Shown piece by piece: positions 51,246-64,000 of a stretch of 64,000 nt of DNA. The notes under the pieces were generated by a model. It was given only the letters and a program-made list of their open reading frames with translations, was not told the origin of the DNA and did not search any database. The position numbers and the translations under genes are program-made. Position 1 is the first letter of the stretch. Each line of letters opens with the position of its first letter. This DNA comes from Octopus vulgaris (Eukaryota): NCBI GenBank assembly GCA_951406725.2, contig OX597828.1:48112001-48176000 (forward strand), in the 5' to 3' direction.

Positions 51246-54200
51246 GTAGAGGGGCACTTAAGGACCATGGAATGATCAAGAGAAATTTCCATACTCACAC
51301 ACAAACACACACACGTATATTAAATGTGTGTGTGTGCATGTGTATGTGTGTGTGTATATATAAATATATATACATACATACACTGTGTGTGTGTGTGTGT
51401 GTGTGTTTATATATATATATATATGATAGATAAATGTGTGTGTGTGCATGTAGCTATATTGATTAGAAAAGAAATCCTTCCAGGAATCCTTTTAGCCACA
51501 GCAATCAGTGTAAAATGTTTAACATACCAAAATTCTTTTTAACATTTGGCCAGCTTCCTCAACAAGCATTCTCACTGATGGGAAAGAGGGATGGCGGAGT
51601 GGTTATTTTGATGGTGGTGGTGGCGGTGCGAGATGGCACTGGCAGTGTAGTGTTCTGAAAGCAGTTAGTAAAAATCAACAATCTCCATCAAAGAATGCCA
51701 AAAACTCCCCAGAGTGACAACATTCAGCTATTTTAGTAGTTGCTTTTTTTTTCTACCTATTGTTTCTCCAAATCAACCCTCGACACCTGCTGTTTGCATC
51801 TATTATTAAAACAGACTGCATATATCTTAAAAAGGCAACACACACATATACATATGCATGCACGCATATACACACACAGCAAGAGAGAGAGAGAGAGGGA
51901 GGGATACAGGTGGGGCAGTAATTTACAGTCATAGCCAATCTAAATACAGATTAAGAACCATTGCTTCAGTGATTTTGGCACTGCAGCAGAGTTTTCAAGC
52001 TCTAAGAATGACTCTAAGTATAATATAATGGGCTGTGTCTTACAGAGCCCCGTTTTGGCTTTGCTATTTTTAATTTGCCATGCATCATTGCAAAACCTCA
52101 CAGGAATATCAGCTAATCAGATGGGATATCTATCAAACAACTCACCGTTTTAGATTGCCCACAAATTGACAAACCATTCACTATTAGCAGTCTATTTGTC
52201 TGTGTGTCTGACTTAGAAATGTAACTGTGAAACCCTTTTTTTCACGGTGTGCAAGGTGGAAGCAAGAGTGAGAGAAGTGGCCCTTTGTCAAAGGATATAC
52301 CATATTATCTTGCATACAAACTGAATTTCCGGACCAAAATTTACAACTAAAAAGAAAAAAAGAAAAAGGAAAAAAAGGTAGGTCAGCTTAAACACCAAGG
52401 TAACTTTGGAGGGCCAAAAATTCCATGTGAAAATGTTTGAATTTTTGGTGTGGTTGTGTGTAGGAAGTTTGCTTCTCAACCATGTGGTCCTGAGTCAGTC
52501 CCACTGCATGGTACCTTGGGCAAGTGTCTGCTACTATAACCTCGGGCTGACCAAAGTTCTGTGAGTGGATCTGGCAGACAGAAATAGAAGCAGGTCGTGC
52601 GTATGCGTACATCTGTCTGTCACCCACCATTGCTTGAGAACTGGTGTTGGTGTGTTTACATCCTTATAACTTAGTTTTCTTTTTCAAACCTGATACTTAG
52701 TCTAGTCTTTTGCTGAACTGTTAAGTACTGGGACTGGTTCATTTGACTAAAAATTCAAGGCACTCAGCATAAACAAAAAAAAAAGAAAAAAAAGAAAAAA
52801 ATAGTTAAATCTTTCTCAGTATTCGAATCTCTCAACCATCTCTAAAATGAGAACAAAATATGTCTGAGGACCTCAATCATACAATCTATGGGGAAATACA
52901 ATATAGCTGGTATGACTTAGTTTTACTCACTCCATCCCTCCTGGAGGAATTTGGACTACAAAATGCAATTAAATTCCATAAGCCATTTAATATGGCATTC
53001 AACATTTCTCCTGCTGATCCAATGCATTTATCAGATCATTAATGCTTATTCCTTTGCCAAAACTAAACAACCTAAATTCTTTTGAAACTTGTTATTTGAA
53101 AAAAAAAAAAAACATTTTGAAGTTCTTCTGTACTAAGCAATAAAAAAAATATGAATAAATAAAAAAGTTGAACAAAATAAAGCTTTCATCAAAACCCTTA
53201 GCATTTGGCAAGGGGCCTGAAATTTGGGGGAGGGGGATAATTGATTGCATTGACCCTAGTGTTTAACTGATACTTGCTTTATCGACCCTGAAATGATGAA
53301 AGGCAAAGTTGACCTTGGCGGAATTTGAACTCAGAACACAAAGACAGACGAAATGCCACTAAGCATTTTGCCTGGTGTGCTAATGATTCTGCCAGCTCGC
53401 CAATAATAATGGTAATTATAATTGCTGTTGTTGTCATTGACAGGAATGCTTTTAGCAGAGTGTTATCTTAAGGGGTTTCCTGTTTCACTTCTCCTTAGGT
53501 ACCCATCACCTGTAGACAATTTTCTTCCCTGCCTGTTGTGAGTTTTTTTTTTTTTTTTTTTGCCAGACATTAAGTATCAATCAGATTCTCCTGATTGATT
53601 TCTGTGTCCTTTCCATTAAATATACTGACCAAAGACACTGTTAATGTATGGTACATGTTGTGAGAAATGATTACAGCACATGGGGAACGGAAAGGGAATA
53701 CTGGAACGGTCCCAACAAGGATAAGGGAATTGTGTCAGTGTGATTGATGTACGGTCAAAGGTAAACTGGTCTGAGAACATAAGAGAAATGAGGTTATTTG
53801 GAAAGCAATCACAATTATGTCAATTTAGTAAATACTAATTTCTTTAGCTGGTCTGTATGTGTGTGTGTGTGGGTGGGTGGAACTGTAAATCAGGACTTGT
53901 CTTGAACATTTTAGTGATAGAGCAGACAACAACGATAATGGTAGCAACAGAAAAGCAAGACATAACAGAATAATTGTATTCAGGCAAAGAAATCAATTTC
54001 TCAGCAACCTTAAATCTCTGGCATGACAGACGAATAGCATAATCGCTATTTAAACTATACATGTACAAAAATGTGTGTGTGTGTGTGTGTATGTCTGGGT
54101 CTATATACACATGTGTTTGTGTGTACTCTACACAAGTAACACACACGTGTGCAAATACAAACATATACACATAAATAAACACAAATTATGTGCGTGTGGA

Positions 54201-54285
54201 ACACTCATACAAATATATACGTAATTATTTTTCGATTGTAATTATGCATACACACATATGTATATATGCAACTTAATGTAAATTA

Positions 54286-54335
<50 letters not shown>

Positions 54336-54517
54336 TCAACAGACAGAATGTCGGCTAATTTAGATAAGTAGTCTAGCAATAGAATGAAGACTGCCATATC
54401 AACTGGTATTATTTATTGCATATTATATAGTCACAAAGTGATATATATAATCTCTACAACAGTGTGAAGACTGTCTTATCACCAGGTGTCAACTTGTGTG
54501 CGTGCATGTGAATGTAA

Positions 54518-54554
<37 letters not shown>

Positions 54555-54557
54555 TGC

Positions 54558-54606
<49 letters not shown>

Positions 54607-54921
54607 TGTATACATACATGCATACATATACATATATGCATGCATACATTTACTCGAAATATGGAGTAGATTAACAGCCAACAATTGATGAAGGGTCGTT
54701 CTTTATGTTACTTGTCTTGTTTTTCATTTGTTTCACTCGTTCTTTGCAAAAAATGTTTATCTTCATATTTCATGTTGTTTTTCGTATTTCGGATTTCACA
54801 GTTTCATATTTCATGTTGTTTACATTTTGTGACATCTTGTACCCATATATGAATATTTCAATATGTGACCTCGTGAGTACCGCTGCTGATTTTTTTCCCT
54901 CTGTCTTCCCTTCTTGGGATC

Positions 54922-54954
54922 TTTCCGACGAAGAGCTCCGCTCGAAACGTTAAA
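54922..54954 (+). ncRNA. minimal hammerhead-ribozyme-like motif inside a probable Penelope-like remnant (about 54860-55068)
   Basis: TTT-CCGACGA-A-GAGC TCC GCTC-GAAA-CGTT^AAA: core CCGACGA, 4-bp stem II, palindromic ACGT stem III, 3-bp stem I. Confidence 0.5.
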
Positions 54955-55062
54955 CCCTCCTTCTTCCCTTCTTTCCTGAGCGTCCAATAATACTTTATCT
55001 GTTCCACGTCCTCGCGTTGCTGTGTTTTTTTGTGTTTTTTTTGTGTTTTCTTGTTTGGATTA

Positions 55063-55098
<36 letters not shown>

Positions 55099-55853
55099 CA
55101 TATATAGGTCGGTATGTACTTATATATATTTTATTTATATTATTATATGATTGAACAGCACACATCCATTTACTAGTAAGTATATACATACATACATATA
55201 TGTATACAAACAAACATACATGCACACATACACATGCATATATACACATGCATATATACGTATGTGTATATACACATGCGTATATACACATGTATATACA
55301 CATGCATATATACACATGCGCATTTACACATACGTATATATACATACATATACATCTCAGTCCTTTGTCATCTCATCTTTCAAGGTTCATCATTCTGAGG
55401 TTGTCCTTCAGTATTTTGTCCCATGGTTTCTTACATTTTCCTTTTCCATGAGTTCCATCCACTTTGAATGAACGGCACTTCTTTATGGAGCTGGCAGCAT
55501 CCTTTTTTATGGAGCTAATGCAAATACTCATCACTATCGTCAAACAATGCAAACTTGGTCATCCAGATGACCAAGACTTTCAGATACATACTATCATACC
55601 ATTCAGCAAGGTGAAGCACCATAAGGACAAGTGCCAAGTAAAGTAAAAAGAAAAAGAAAGGAGGAGAGCAACATCAGAGGGTGAGTGAAAAATATAATCT
55701 GAACTTCAAACTTGCAAGGAGTTACAAAGGACAGGGAGAGAAACAAAGAGAAGACATCAAGAAAGAAAAAGTAAGTGGTGATGACTCAATGGGCCATGCA
55801 GGAGCTAAGTCATGTGTTGAAGTTTCTGAATTACATTATCATCATTGTTGTCA

Positions 55854-56250
55854 GGCGCAGGAGTGGCTGTGTAGTAAGTAGCTTGCTTACCAACCACATA
55901 GTTCAGGGTTCAATCCCACTGCGTGGCACCTTGGGCAAGTGTCTTCTACTATAGCCTCGGGCCAACCAAAGCCTTGTGAGTGGATTTGGTAGACGGAAAC
56001 TGAAAGAAGCCTGTCGTATATATGTATGTATATGTATATGTTGTGTATCTGTGTTTGTCCGTCCCCCCCCAACATCACTTGACAACTGATGCTGGTGTGT
56101 TTAGGTCCCCGTAACTTAGCAGTTCGGCAGAAGAGATCGATAGAATAAGTACTAGGCTTACAAAGAATAAGTCCTGGGGTCGATTTGATTCAACTAAAGG
56201 CGGTGCTCCAGTATGGCTACAGTCAAATGACTGAAACAAGTAAAAGAGTA
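55854..56250 (+). mobile_element. family A SINE (different subfamily)
   Basis: Full length, with diagnostic differences (GGCACCTTGG, CTACTATAGCCTCGGG, GTAACTTAGC). Confidence 0.88.
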
Positions 56251-56570
56251 ATATTATTAATATTATTGAGGGTACTGGCATTTTGTTGGTTATGATGAAA
56301 AGGGGTCCAGATGATCCGATCAATGGAACAGTCTGCTTGTGAAACTAACATGTAAGTGGCTGAGTGCTCCTCAGACATGCATATCTTTAACATAGTTCTC
56401 AGGAAGATTCAGCATGACACACAGTATGACGTCGTCGGCCCTTTGAGTTACAGGTACAACTTACTTTTGCCAGGTGAGTGAACTGGAGCAACCTGAAATA
56501 AAGTGTGTGACTCAATGACACAACATTGAACTCATGTCAACTTGTGTGCGTGCATGTGAATGTGTATACA

Positions 56571-56624
<54 letters not shown>

Positions 56625-56627
56625 TGC

Positions 56628-56674
<47 letters not shown>

Positions 56675-56677
56675 TGC

Positions 56678-56722
<45 letters not shown>

Positions 56723-57199
56723 TGTATACATACATATACATATATACATACATATACATATATGCATGTTGTGTATCTGTGTTTGTCCCCACCAACATCG
56801 CTTGACAACCGATGCTGGTGTGTTTAGGTCCCCGTAACTTAGTGGTTCGGCAGAAGACATCGATAGAATAAGTACTAGGCTTACAAAGAATAAGTCCTGG
56901 GGTCGATTTGATTCGACTAAAGGCAAGCCAAATACCCTAATCACTAAGCCACACACACCTTCGCTTATATAAAGCCAAAAGAGTTCATAGCCATATGAAA
57001 GCTGACAGAGTTTGACTACTGTCATTAGAACATTCTCCATCAACACAAGCCATCTCTTTGTGAAATTGCTATGAATGCAGACCAGCACCAGTTTTGTTGG
57101 ATTTGGGGGTATTTTAACTTAATTTACAGCAATTCTAATAAGCTTATTATTAGTTCACCTGCTGTTATTGAAATTGATCAAGGATATCCCATGAAAGAA

Positions 57200-57470
57200 A
57201 ATGGGGCATGGTGCGTCCAGTTGTGGTCAATCAGTCTGATGCATGCTGGGAAAGCTCTTGTTGCAAACCAGGCACTAGTTGTCAGTTGAGACAGAAAGCA
57301 AGGAGTTGGCTCTGGATTTGCATAGTTCTGGAGTTTTTTTGTGCCCCTGCAATCCTGTTCTATTTATAGGAGGTGGCATCTCTGTTGGTGCAGCTTTGCC
57401 AGGTAGGACAGTCTTCTCCTCACGTTTCCCAGGTTTTGGAGTTGATCTCAAAATTCTTCAGTGCAGCTTA
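57200..57470 (-). mobile_element. RTE-clade LINE ORF C-terminal remnant
   Basis: With stops and frameshifts: KNFEINSKTWET*GEDCPTWQSCTNRDATSYK*NRIAGAQK..CKSRANSLL..CLVCNKSF..CIRLIDHNWTH, similar to the RTE C-terminus with a C2H2-like motif. Confidence 0.65.
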
Positions 57471-58489
57471 CTAAGTAGATCAATGTACGCACAGTAGACA
57501 ATCCACTACTGGAAGCTAGAATTCCCTCAGAAATTTAGGTCAGTAGTTCAATACCACGATGCTTCTGTCAGTCATTTGAAACAGGTATTTTTATATTAAC
57601 AAAAAAAAAAAAAAATTATATACTTGTATTTTTCTACAATCATCCAGAATGGAACCAAGGTGAATATCACCGAGATCATCCACTTAACATAGATGACACA
57701 CCTAGCAGGTGCGGTTGAAGCATGGAAACTTTTGCAGATGAAAGCAAACGGGGAAATATTTAAAAGTCTTCAACAGAACTCAGTTCTCTACTTAACTGCA
57801 GTGAATCTCAGTTCAAAGCCATGTTGTCTTCAACGTCAATAGCAACAACCAGATAACAATAAATAACTATCAGCTAGGTGCATAGCTGATTGTATTACAG
57901 AGTGTGTGTGTATGTGTGTGTGTGTGTGTGTGTGTGAGGGTTGTGTATATGCAATGATTGCTATCTGCATTATCTGTAAACAATGTCTGAAATAACCATG
58001 TGTGAGAAAGTCACTTATATTCACGCATATTTTGAATGTCTATACATATATGAATACACACATACACACAGGTCATTGAATAAGTATGTGTGCGCATGTG
58101 TATCAGTGTGATGTGTGTGTGTGTGTGTGTGCATACATAATGTGAACGAGACACTTGCATGTGTTTCTCATGTTTGCTATTATATGCCAACATATATACA
58201 TTCGCAATGAAAATAATTGTATGTATGAGGCTTATATCTATCTATCTATCTATCTATCTCTATCTATATCTCTATATATATGCACTGATTGCAACTGATA
58301 TGATCTGTGAAAAAGTCATCTGTATCATTGTTTATTTTACTTATGTCTGTGCAAATTATTCATGTGTGTATACAGGTTGTTGCATAAGTGTGTATGCATG
58401 ATGTGTGTGCATACACTGAGTGAGTGATGTGTGTTTGTTGTGTTGTTTGTTACATATGCCAGCATATATACATCTACAGTGTACTGAAT

Positions 58490-58527
<38 letters not shown>

Positions 58528-58942
58528 CGCGCACGTGTGTATCTATGTAACCCAAACAAATAACAGGGTTTTCTCTTATAAAACATGCAAGACTACTTCA
58601 ATGTACACAACAGGTAAACAGAGGACACATTTTCATGGAAGTGGAAATAGCTGCAGAGGTAGGCACAAGCGTACACATTACCATGATAACAAGCAATGTC
58701 ATATGATGAGTGCAGAGTAAACATCGATCTTAGTTCCCACTCCACTGTATCTATCTACCACTGTGTTGTTGCTAGACTGTTTACTCAAGCACACAAACCC
58801 AGAGCTGAGAAAGGTCACCCATTTAAAAGATCTCCGTTGTAGTGACAAGATGGCTCAGTGACTAAAATGCTGGACTGGCTGCTCGTAGTCTCAGCGTTCA
58901 AATTCACTGCTGGCATTTCAATTGTGTCTGTTTCTGAGCCAA

Positions 58943-59390
58943 ATCCTTTAATATCCAAACCGGCCACATCAAGCCCAAATATTCTATATGTCTTGTGGTC
59001 AAACTGACCAGATCAGGCTTTCACAACTATCCTACAATGTCTTTCTAAAAGTAAATATTCACATCACTGAAATTGTGCAGACTCAAGATAATGCATGATT
59101 AATTCAAAACAATGAGAATAAGCATTATATTTGAGAGAATAATCTGAATGCTAAAGGGTTAAACCTTTTGATAATAACCAGCTAAAGACTGGCTCTGGTT
59201 CAATGGCACAAACTTCCTGTTTCAAAGTGATCTAAATTAAAGATCTTCCATCAAAGTTCCATGCTAATTTATGCTTCAAACACCAGCTTAATAACGACAA
59301 AGCTATTTCACTAAATGCTTCGTTATTTGCTAAATTAACTGAGGCAAAAAGCAACATATTTCAACAGAAATACGGTAACTAAAGCATTAA
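58943..59390. mobile_element. two adjacent TTAA-flanked MITEs from different families sharing a TTAA at 59159-59162
   Basis: The first ends GAATGCTAAAGGG|TTAA. The second ends GGTAACTAAAGCA|TTAA and matches a partial copy at about 26870-26972. Confidence 0.65.
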
Positions 59391-60984
59391 TCAACACTAC
59401 TTCCCCAGCTAACCTTATCACGGAGAACAGGTGTACAAGTCATTGTTTTAATGTCCACTTTTCTGTGCTGGCATGGGTTAGAAGGAATGTGTTGAGGTAG
59501 ATTTTCTATGGGCAGATGCCCTTCCTGTCACCAACTCCCACCAGTTTCCAAGCAAAGTAATATTTCCAGTTAACCAGACGTTTTAGAGGGAAGACTAGAA
59601 ATGAATAACATAGATATTATGATGGTGGTGCTCACTTAAAACCACCACATAATGTCAAAACAAGGGTACAAGTACATACATGCACACACAAACTGTAAGA
59701 CATGCATCTTATAGTTTCTGTCAACCAGATTCACTCACAAGGCTTTGGTCAGCCAGAGGCTATAGCAGAAGACATTTGTCCAAGGTGCTGCCCAGTGGAC
59801 TGAACTTGAAACTACATGGTTGAGAAGCAAGATTCTTAATCACACAGCTATGCCTGCACCTGGGAAATATTATCATTGACAGACCAGAATCTGATCCATA
59901 TGTGTGAGTGCGTGCATGCATGCATGTGTGTAAGAATGAAAACTAGAATTTCAAAATTATTCATAATAGCAATTTTGTTTATCTATGAAAAATCACTGTC
60001 AATGTGTGAAATGTTAAGTTTTTGTGCCAACAATGGCCATGAAAAAAGCCAAAATTGTAACAATGAAATTCTTGTGAGAGAAAAAGAATGATCTGTTGTT
60101 GATTTCTGAAATGTTGACTGAAAGCAACCAAATATCTTTTGGACAAGACAAAAAAAAAAAAAAAAGTGGTGTTGAAATACCAAAACAAAGATATGAATAA
60201 GATAATTTGGTAAAATTTCTGACTTGGGAGGGTAGGATTAGTTAAGTAATGAGGGTCGTAGTAGGAAGCGTATCTGGTTACTGAAACGCTATCTCAACAA
60301 ATTCTGTTCAACTCAAAGGGGACATTAAAATGAAGATGACGATGATGATGAGCTAAGTTTGGTTCTTAGATTAATTCCTGTTTCTCAGACATTCAACTAT
60401 GGTCGAACACATCACAATGTCTGGAAATCCAGCCGGGGTTACATTCACCCAAGTATATTACTGCTACTTATTTTATTGCGTCACCATAGAGATGATGAAA
60501 GGCAAAGCTCAACCTTGACGACATTTAAAATACAAAATTTCCAGAACTATAAATACTGCTAGACAATTAAATCAAGGCCTTGTGCCTGTTGTTCCATTAC
60601 CCTTGACACAGGGTCTTTGGTAACGAAGATAATAAAGGTAATGATATGCATGCGTGTGTGTGTGCATGTGTGAGTGAGGTAATGAGGATAAAAACAATAA
60701 ACGTTATTTTCATGGATATAATAAAGGTTCTGTTGTAATTGATATTATGGAATAGAGCACTCCCATATGTCCAAGAGTGTATATATATATACAGTGGGGC
60801 ATGCAGGGACAGGTAATATATAAGGTAAGAATAGAAAAGCAAAGGTTATATTTATGAGTGTGTGTGAGTGTTTATGTATACGCAGACACACACATACATT
60901 CTAAATATATGTACACATACACACAAGCAACCACACTGGAACTGTATTATTGATGGCAGATGTGGCTCAACTGACAGATTGACA

Positions 60985-61263
60985 AATGTGTGTGTGTGTA
61001 TATATATGTGTGTGTATACGTGTGTGCGTGTATACATGTGTGTGTGTGTATGTGTGTTTGTATATGTGTGTGTGTATATGTATGTGTGTGTATATGTATG
61101 TGTGTGTGTGTATATACATATGTGTGTGTGTGTGTGTGTATAAGCTTTATGCATATAGACTGCAACCCATGTAAGCATGGAAAACTGGATGTTAAAATGA
61201 CATGATGAGATCTATATATGTATATTATATATGCATGTGTATGTATCTCTCTCTGTATAGATC

Positions 61264-61297
<34 letters not shown>

Positions 61298-61342
61298 AAC
61301 ACACACACGTGTGTGTATATAAATAGATATACATGCACACAC

Positions 61343-61383
<41 letters not shown>

Positions 61384-61397
61384 CACACGTGTGTGTG

Positions 61398-61440
<43 letters not shown>

Positions 61441-61454
61441 CACACGTGTGTGTG

Positions 61455-61499
<45 letters not shown>

Positions 61500-61590
61500 C
61501 ACATGTGCATGTGTTTATATATATATATATATGTAGAGAGAGAGAGAGAGATATAGATATATACATATATTTATACACACACACACAAAG
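60985..61590. repeat. compound (TG)n/(TA)n/(CA)n microsatellite with repeated CACACGTGTG palindromic units
   Basis: Seen directly. Confidence 0.9.
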
Positions 61591-62224
61591 TACACTTATA
61601 GATGAGGGGAATGCATCAATACTATTTACAAAAATTGTCAGTCAGTTGGTGACCATAGGGATTTAAGATAGGTGGCCATGCACGCATGTACACACACACA
61701 CACACTCTCTCTCTCTCTCTCTCTCCCTCCCCCATTTCATTTATTGAACAACTCATCATTGATGAGGATCCCAACCTCTGAATACTGGCATATTGACTAT
61801 AAAAAGTGATGCAATGGCAGTGAAAGTGATGGTGGCGGTGGTGGTGGCGGGTTTTGGTGGATGAATGGGGGAGAAGAAGAGAGTAAAGGAAGATGAGAGG
61901 AAAGAAAAAGGAAAATAAAGTGTGTGTGTGTGTGTGTGGGGGGGAATGAAGAGAGAAAGGAAAGGAAAACAAGAAAGCAAAACAACAAAATAGATGTTGT
62001 TGTTGTTTTTGTCGTTGTTGTTGCTATATAGGGAAAGAATGAGAGCAACTGGTAGAGACTTCCTGAGCTGCTGGTTCAGAATGGAGAGAACTGTGACTTG
62101 AGAACAAGCACAGACAGGTTTTAGCCATGAAATCAATACTGACCTAAACATACACAAGAACCAGTTGGAAAGGGCCTAATTTATGTAGACCAGTTGCTTT
62201 TTTAAACACACACACACACACACA

Positions 62225-62291
62225 TAGATAGTTAGATAGAAAGATAGAAAGATAGATACAGATAGGCAGACAGGGAGAGAGAGAGAGCGAA

Positions 62292-62374
<83 letters not shown>

Positions 62375-62685
62375 GAGGCAAACAGAGAGAGGCAGAGAGA
62401 GAGAGACACACACACAGAAAGATAGACAGAGAGAGGCAGACAGTGAGAGAGAGAGAGAGAGGCAGACAGAGAGAGTGAGAGAGAGGCAGACAGACATGAG
62501 ACAGACAGGCATGGAGACAGATAGACATAGAGACAGACAGACATGGAGACAGAGAGACATGGAGACAGACAGACATGGAGACAGACAGACATGGAGACAG
62601 ACAGACATGGAGATAGACAGGCAGACATGGAGACAGACAGACATGGAGATAGACAGGCAGCCATGGAAGTAGACAGGCAGACACA
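62225..62685. repeat. (GA)n plus ~16-20-bp AGACAGACATGGAGAC minisatellite
   Basis: Seen directly. Confidence 0.9.
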
Positions 62686-64000
62686 TACACACAATTGTGT
62701 TCTCAATGTTCACACATGGTTTAGAAAATATACAAGAGAGAAAATGAATGAAACTGCTAGTTTATATACACTGAAATATATATGTTGCATTCAACATACA
62801 ATTTGTTTTTTTCTCTTGCTTGTGCACAACCTATGCCAGCATGGAAAGCAGATGATGATGAGTACACACACACATAGAGAATAGTATGAAACTCTATATC
62901 AGGATCTGTAACCTAAAGAGATCTCAAAGATAGATAACAACAGCAGCAGCAGCAGCACCAACAAGTTTTATCACTCCCCAAACATTCACAATATGTATTC
63001 TTTTTTAATCACTTTGACAGAGGAGGCAAACAGACAATACCCATACCCTTTGCTTTTTTTTTTTTTATATTGTAGTTTAAAGCCTCATAGATTGCTTGGG
63101 GAAGGAGATGAAGTTCTCCTCATATGGGAGACTTGGCCTTGAATGCTTGCCAAAGAGGGTAGTGCAGCAAAGGCAACCAACAGTAAGACAGAGTAAAACC
63201 AGGCCATAGATTAAGTCACAATACCCTGATTAAGAAACAAAATGAAAACCAAACACCATTTGACACATTTGAAGCTAGAGGGGAAGAAGGGAGAGGGTAA
63301 AAATAGATAAATACTTAAACATAATTCTGTAAAGATAGATGGGGACCTAAACATAATTCTGAAAATAATTAACATCCCCACTTTACATACATACATACAT
63401 AAATTTTTATATATACATAAATGAGGGGATAGTTATAATTCAGGTTATCACTGTCAGCACTTCATGTAGGTACAAGGTTTATTTCTTAAGTTGGTGGTGT
63501 TTCAACTCACGATGTCTGAAGATGTGAATGAATGATTATTTTATTGCACATGTTACATATATATTGTGTATGTATGGTATGGAATAAAATGTGTTTGTTT
63601 ACTGAAATGCTCATAACATGAATTTGAGTTTCTCCTTTCCTCATTTAAATTATATATAAGATTGTTTTAACAACCACTTTTCTATGATTATATGCATCAA
63701 ACAGAATTTGATGAAGCAGATGTTCTACAGTTGGATGACTTTCCCTTTGCCAACACTCACTTGTTTCTAAGCAAAGTGATATACTTCCACAGATGGACAA
63801 CTCTTCTCTGAACCAAAACCTTATAGTTTGGAGGCAAACTTCTTAACCACACATCCACACTCCCAGTTCTGCCCCACATTCACTCCTGCTTACCTTGAAC
63901 CTTGAGGGGTCCTGACAGACATGTCATCACCATTATTTTTAATCTCTTCCCTGCTCCTCCCTCTCTCTCTCTCCCCACTAAAATGTGAGAAGCCTTGTAG

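Noticed and set aside
60852-61666. YI/CV/HT-rich ORFs, also near 3658-4013, 35454-35941 and 54454-56837
   Set aside because: Dinucleotide microsatellite translations.

Overview
Eukaryotic, AT-rich DNA saturated with microsatellites and SINEs. The repeat families look like those of an octopod cephalopod (Octopus sp.); this is recognition-based inference, not a search result. Only one convincing protein-coding segment is present: a single ~1.6 kb minus-strand exon (27128-28728) of a DET1 homolog encoding residues 1 to ~491 and ending at an AG|GTAAAT donor. I did not find its last coding exon or its promoter exon in the window, so most of the window is probably intronic. The rest is tRNA-derived SINEs (including Meta-domain SINEs in head-to-tail arrays), RTE/CR1/Tx1-like LINE remnants, mariner and pogo transposase remnants, piggyBac- and hAT-like MITEs, Helitron/Helentron-like elements and simple repeats. 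The most interesting signals are: (1) minimal hammerhead-ribozyme-like motifs with a CCGANGA core variant, one inside a 102-bp palindrome so that both strands encode it (Penelope-like element hallmarks); (2) a MITE-in-MITE plus LINE nested insertion; (3) a candidate cassette exon in phase with DET1 inside a TE-free island; (4) three uORFs in the DET1 leader; (5) inverted near-identical SINE pairs; (6) local templated duplications. Nearly all short ORFs in the supplied track are artefacts of repeats.
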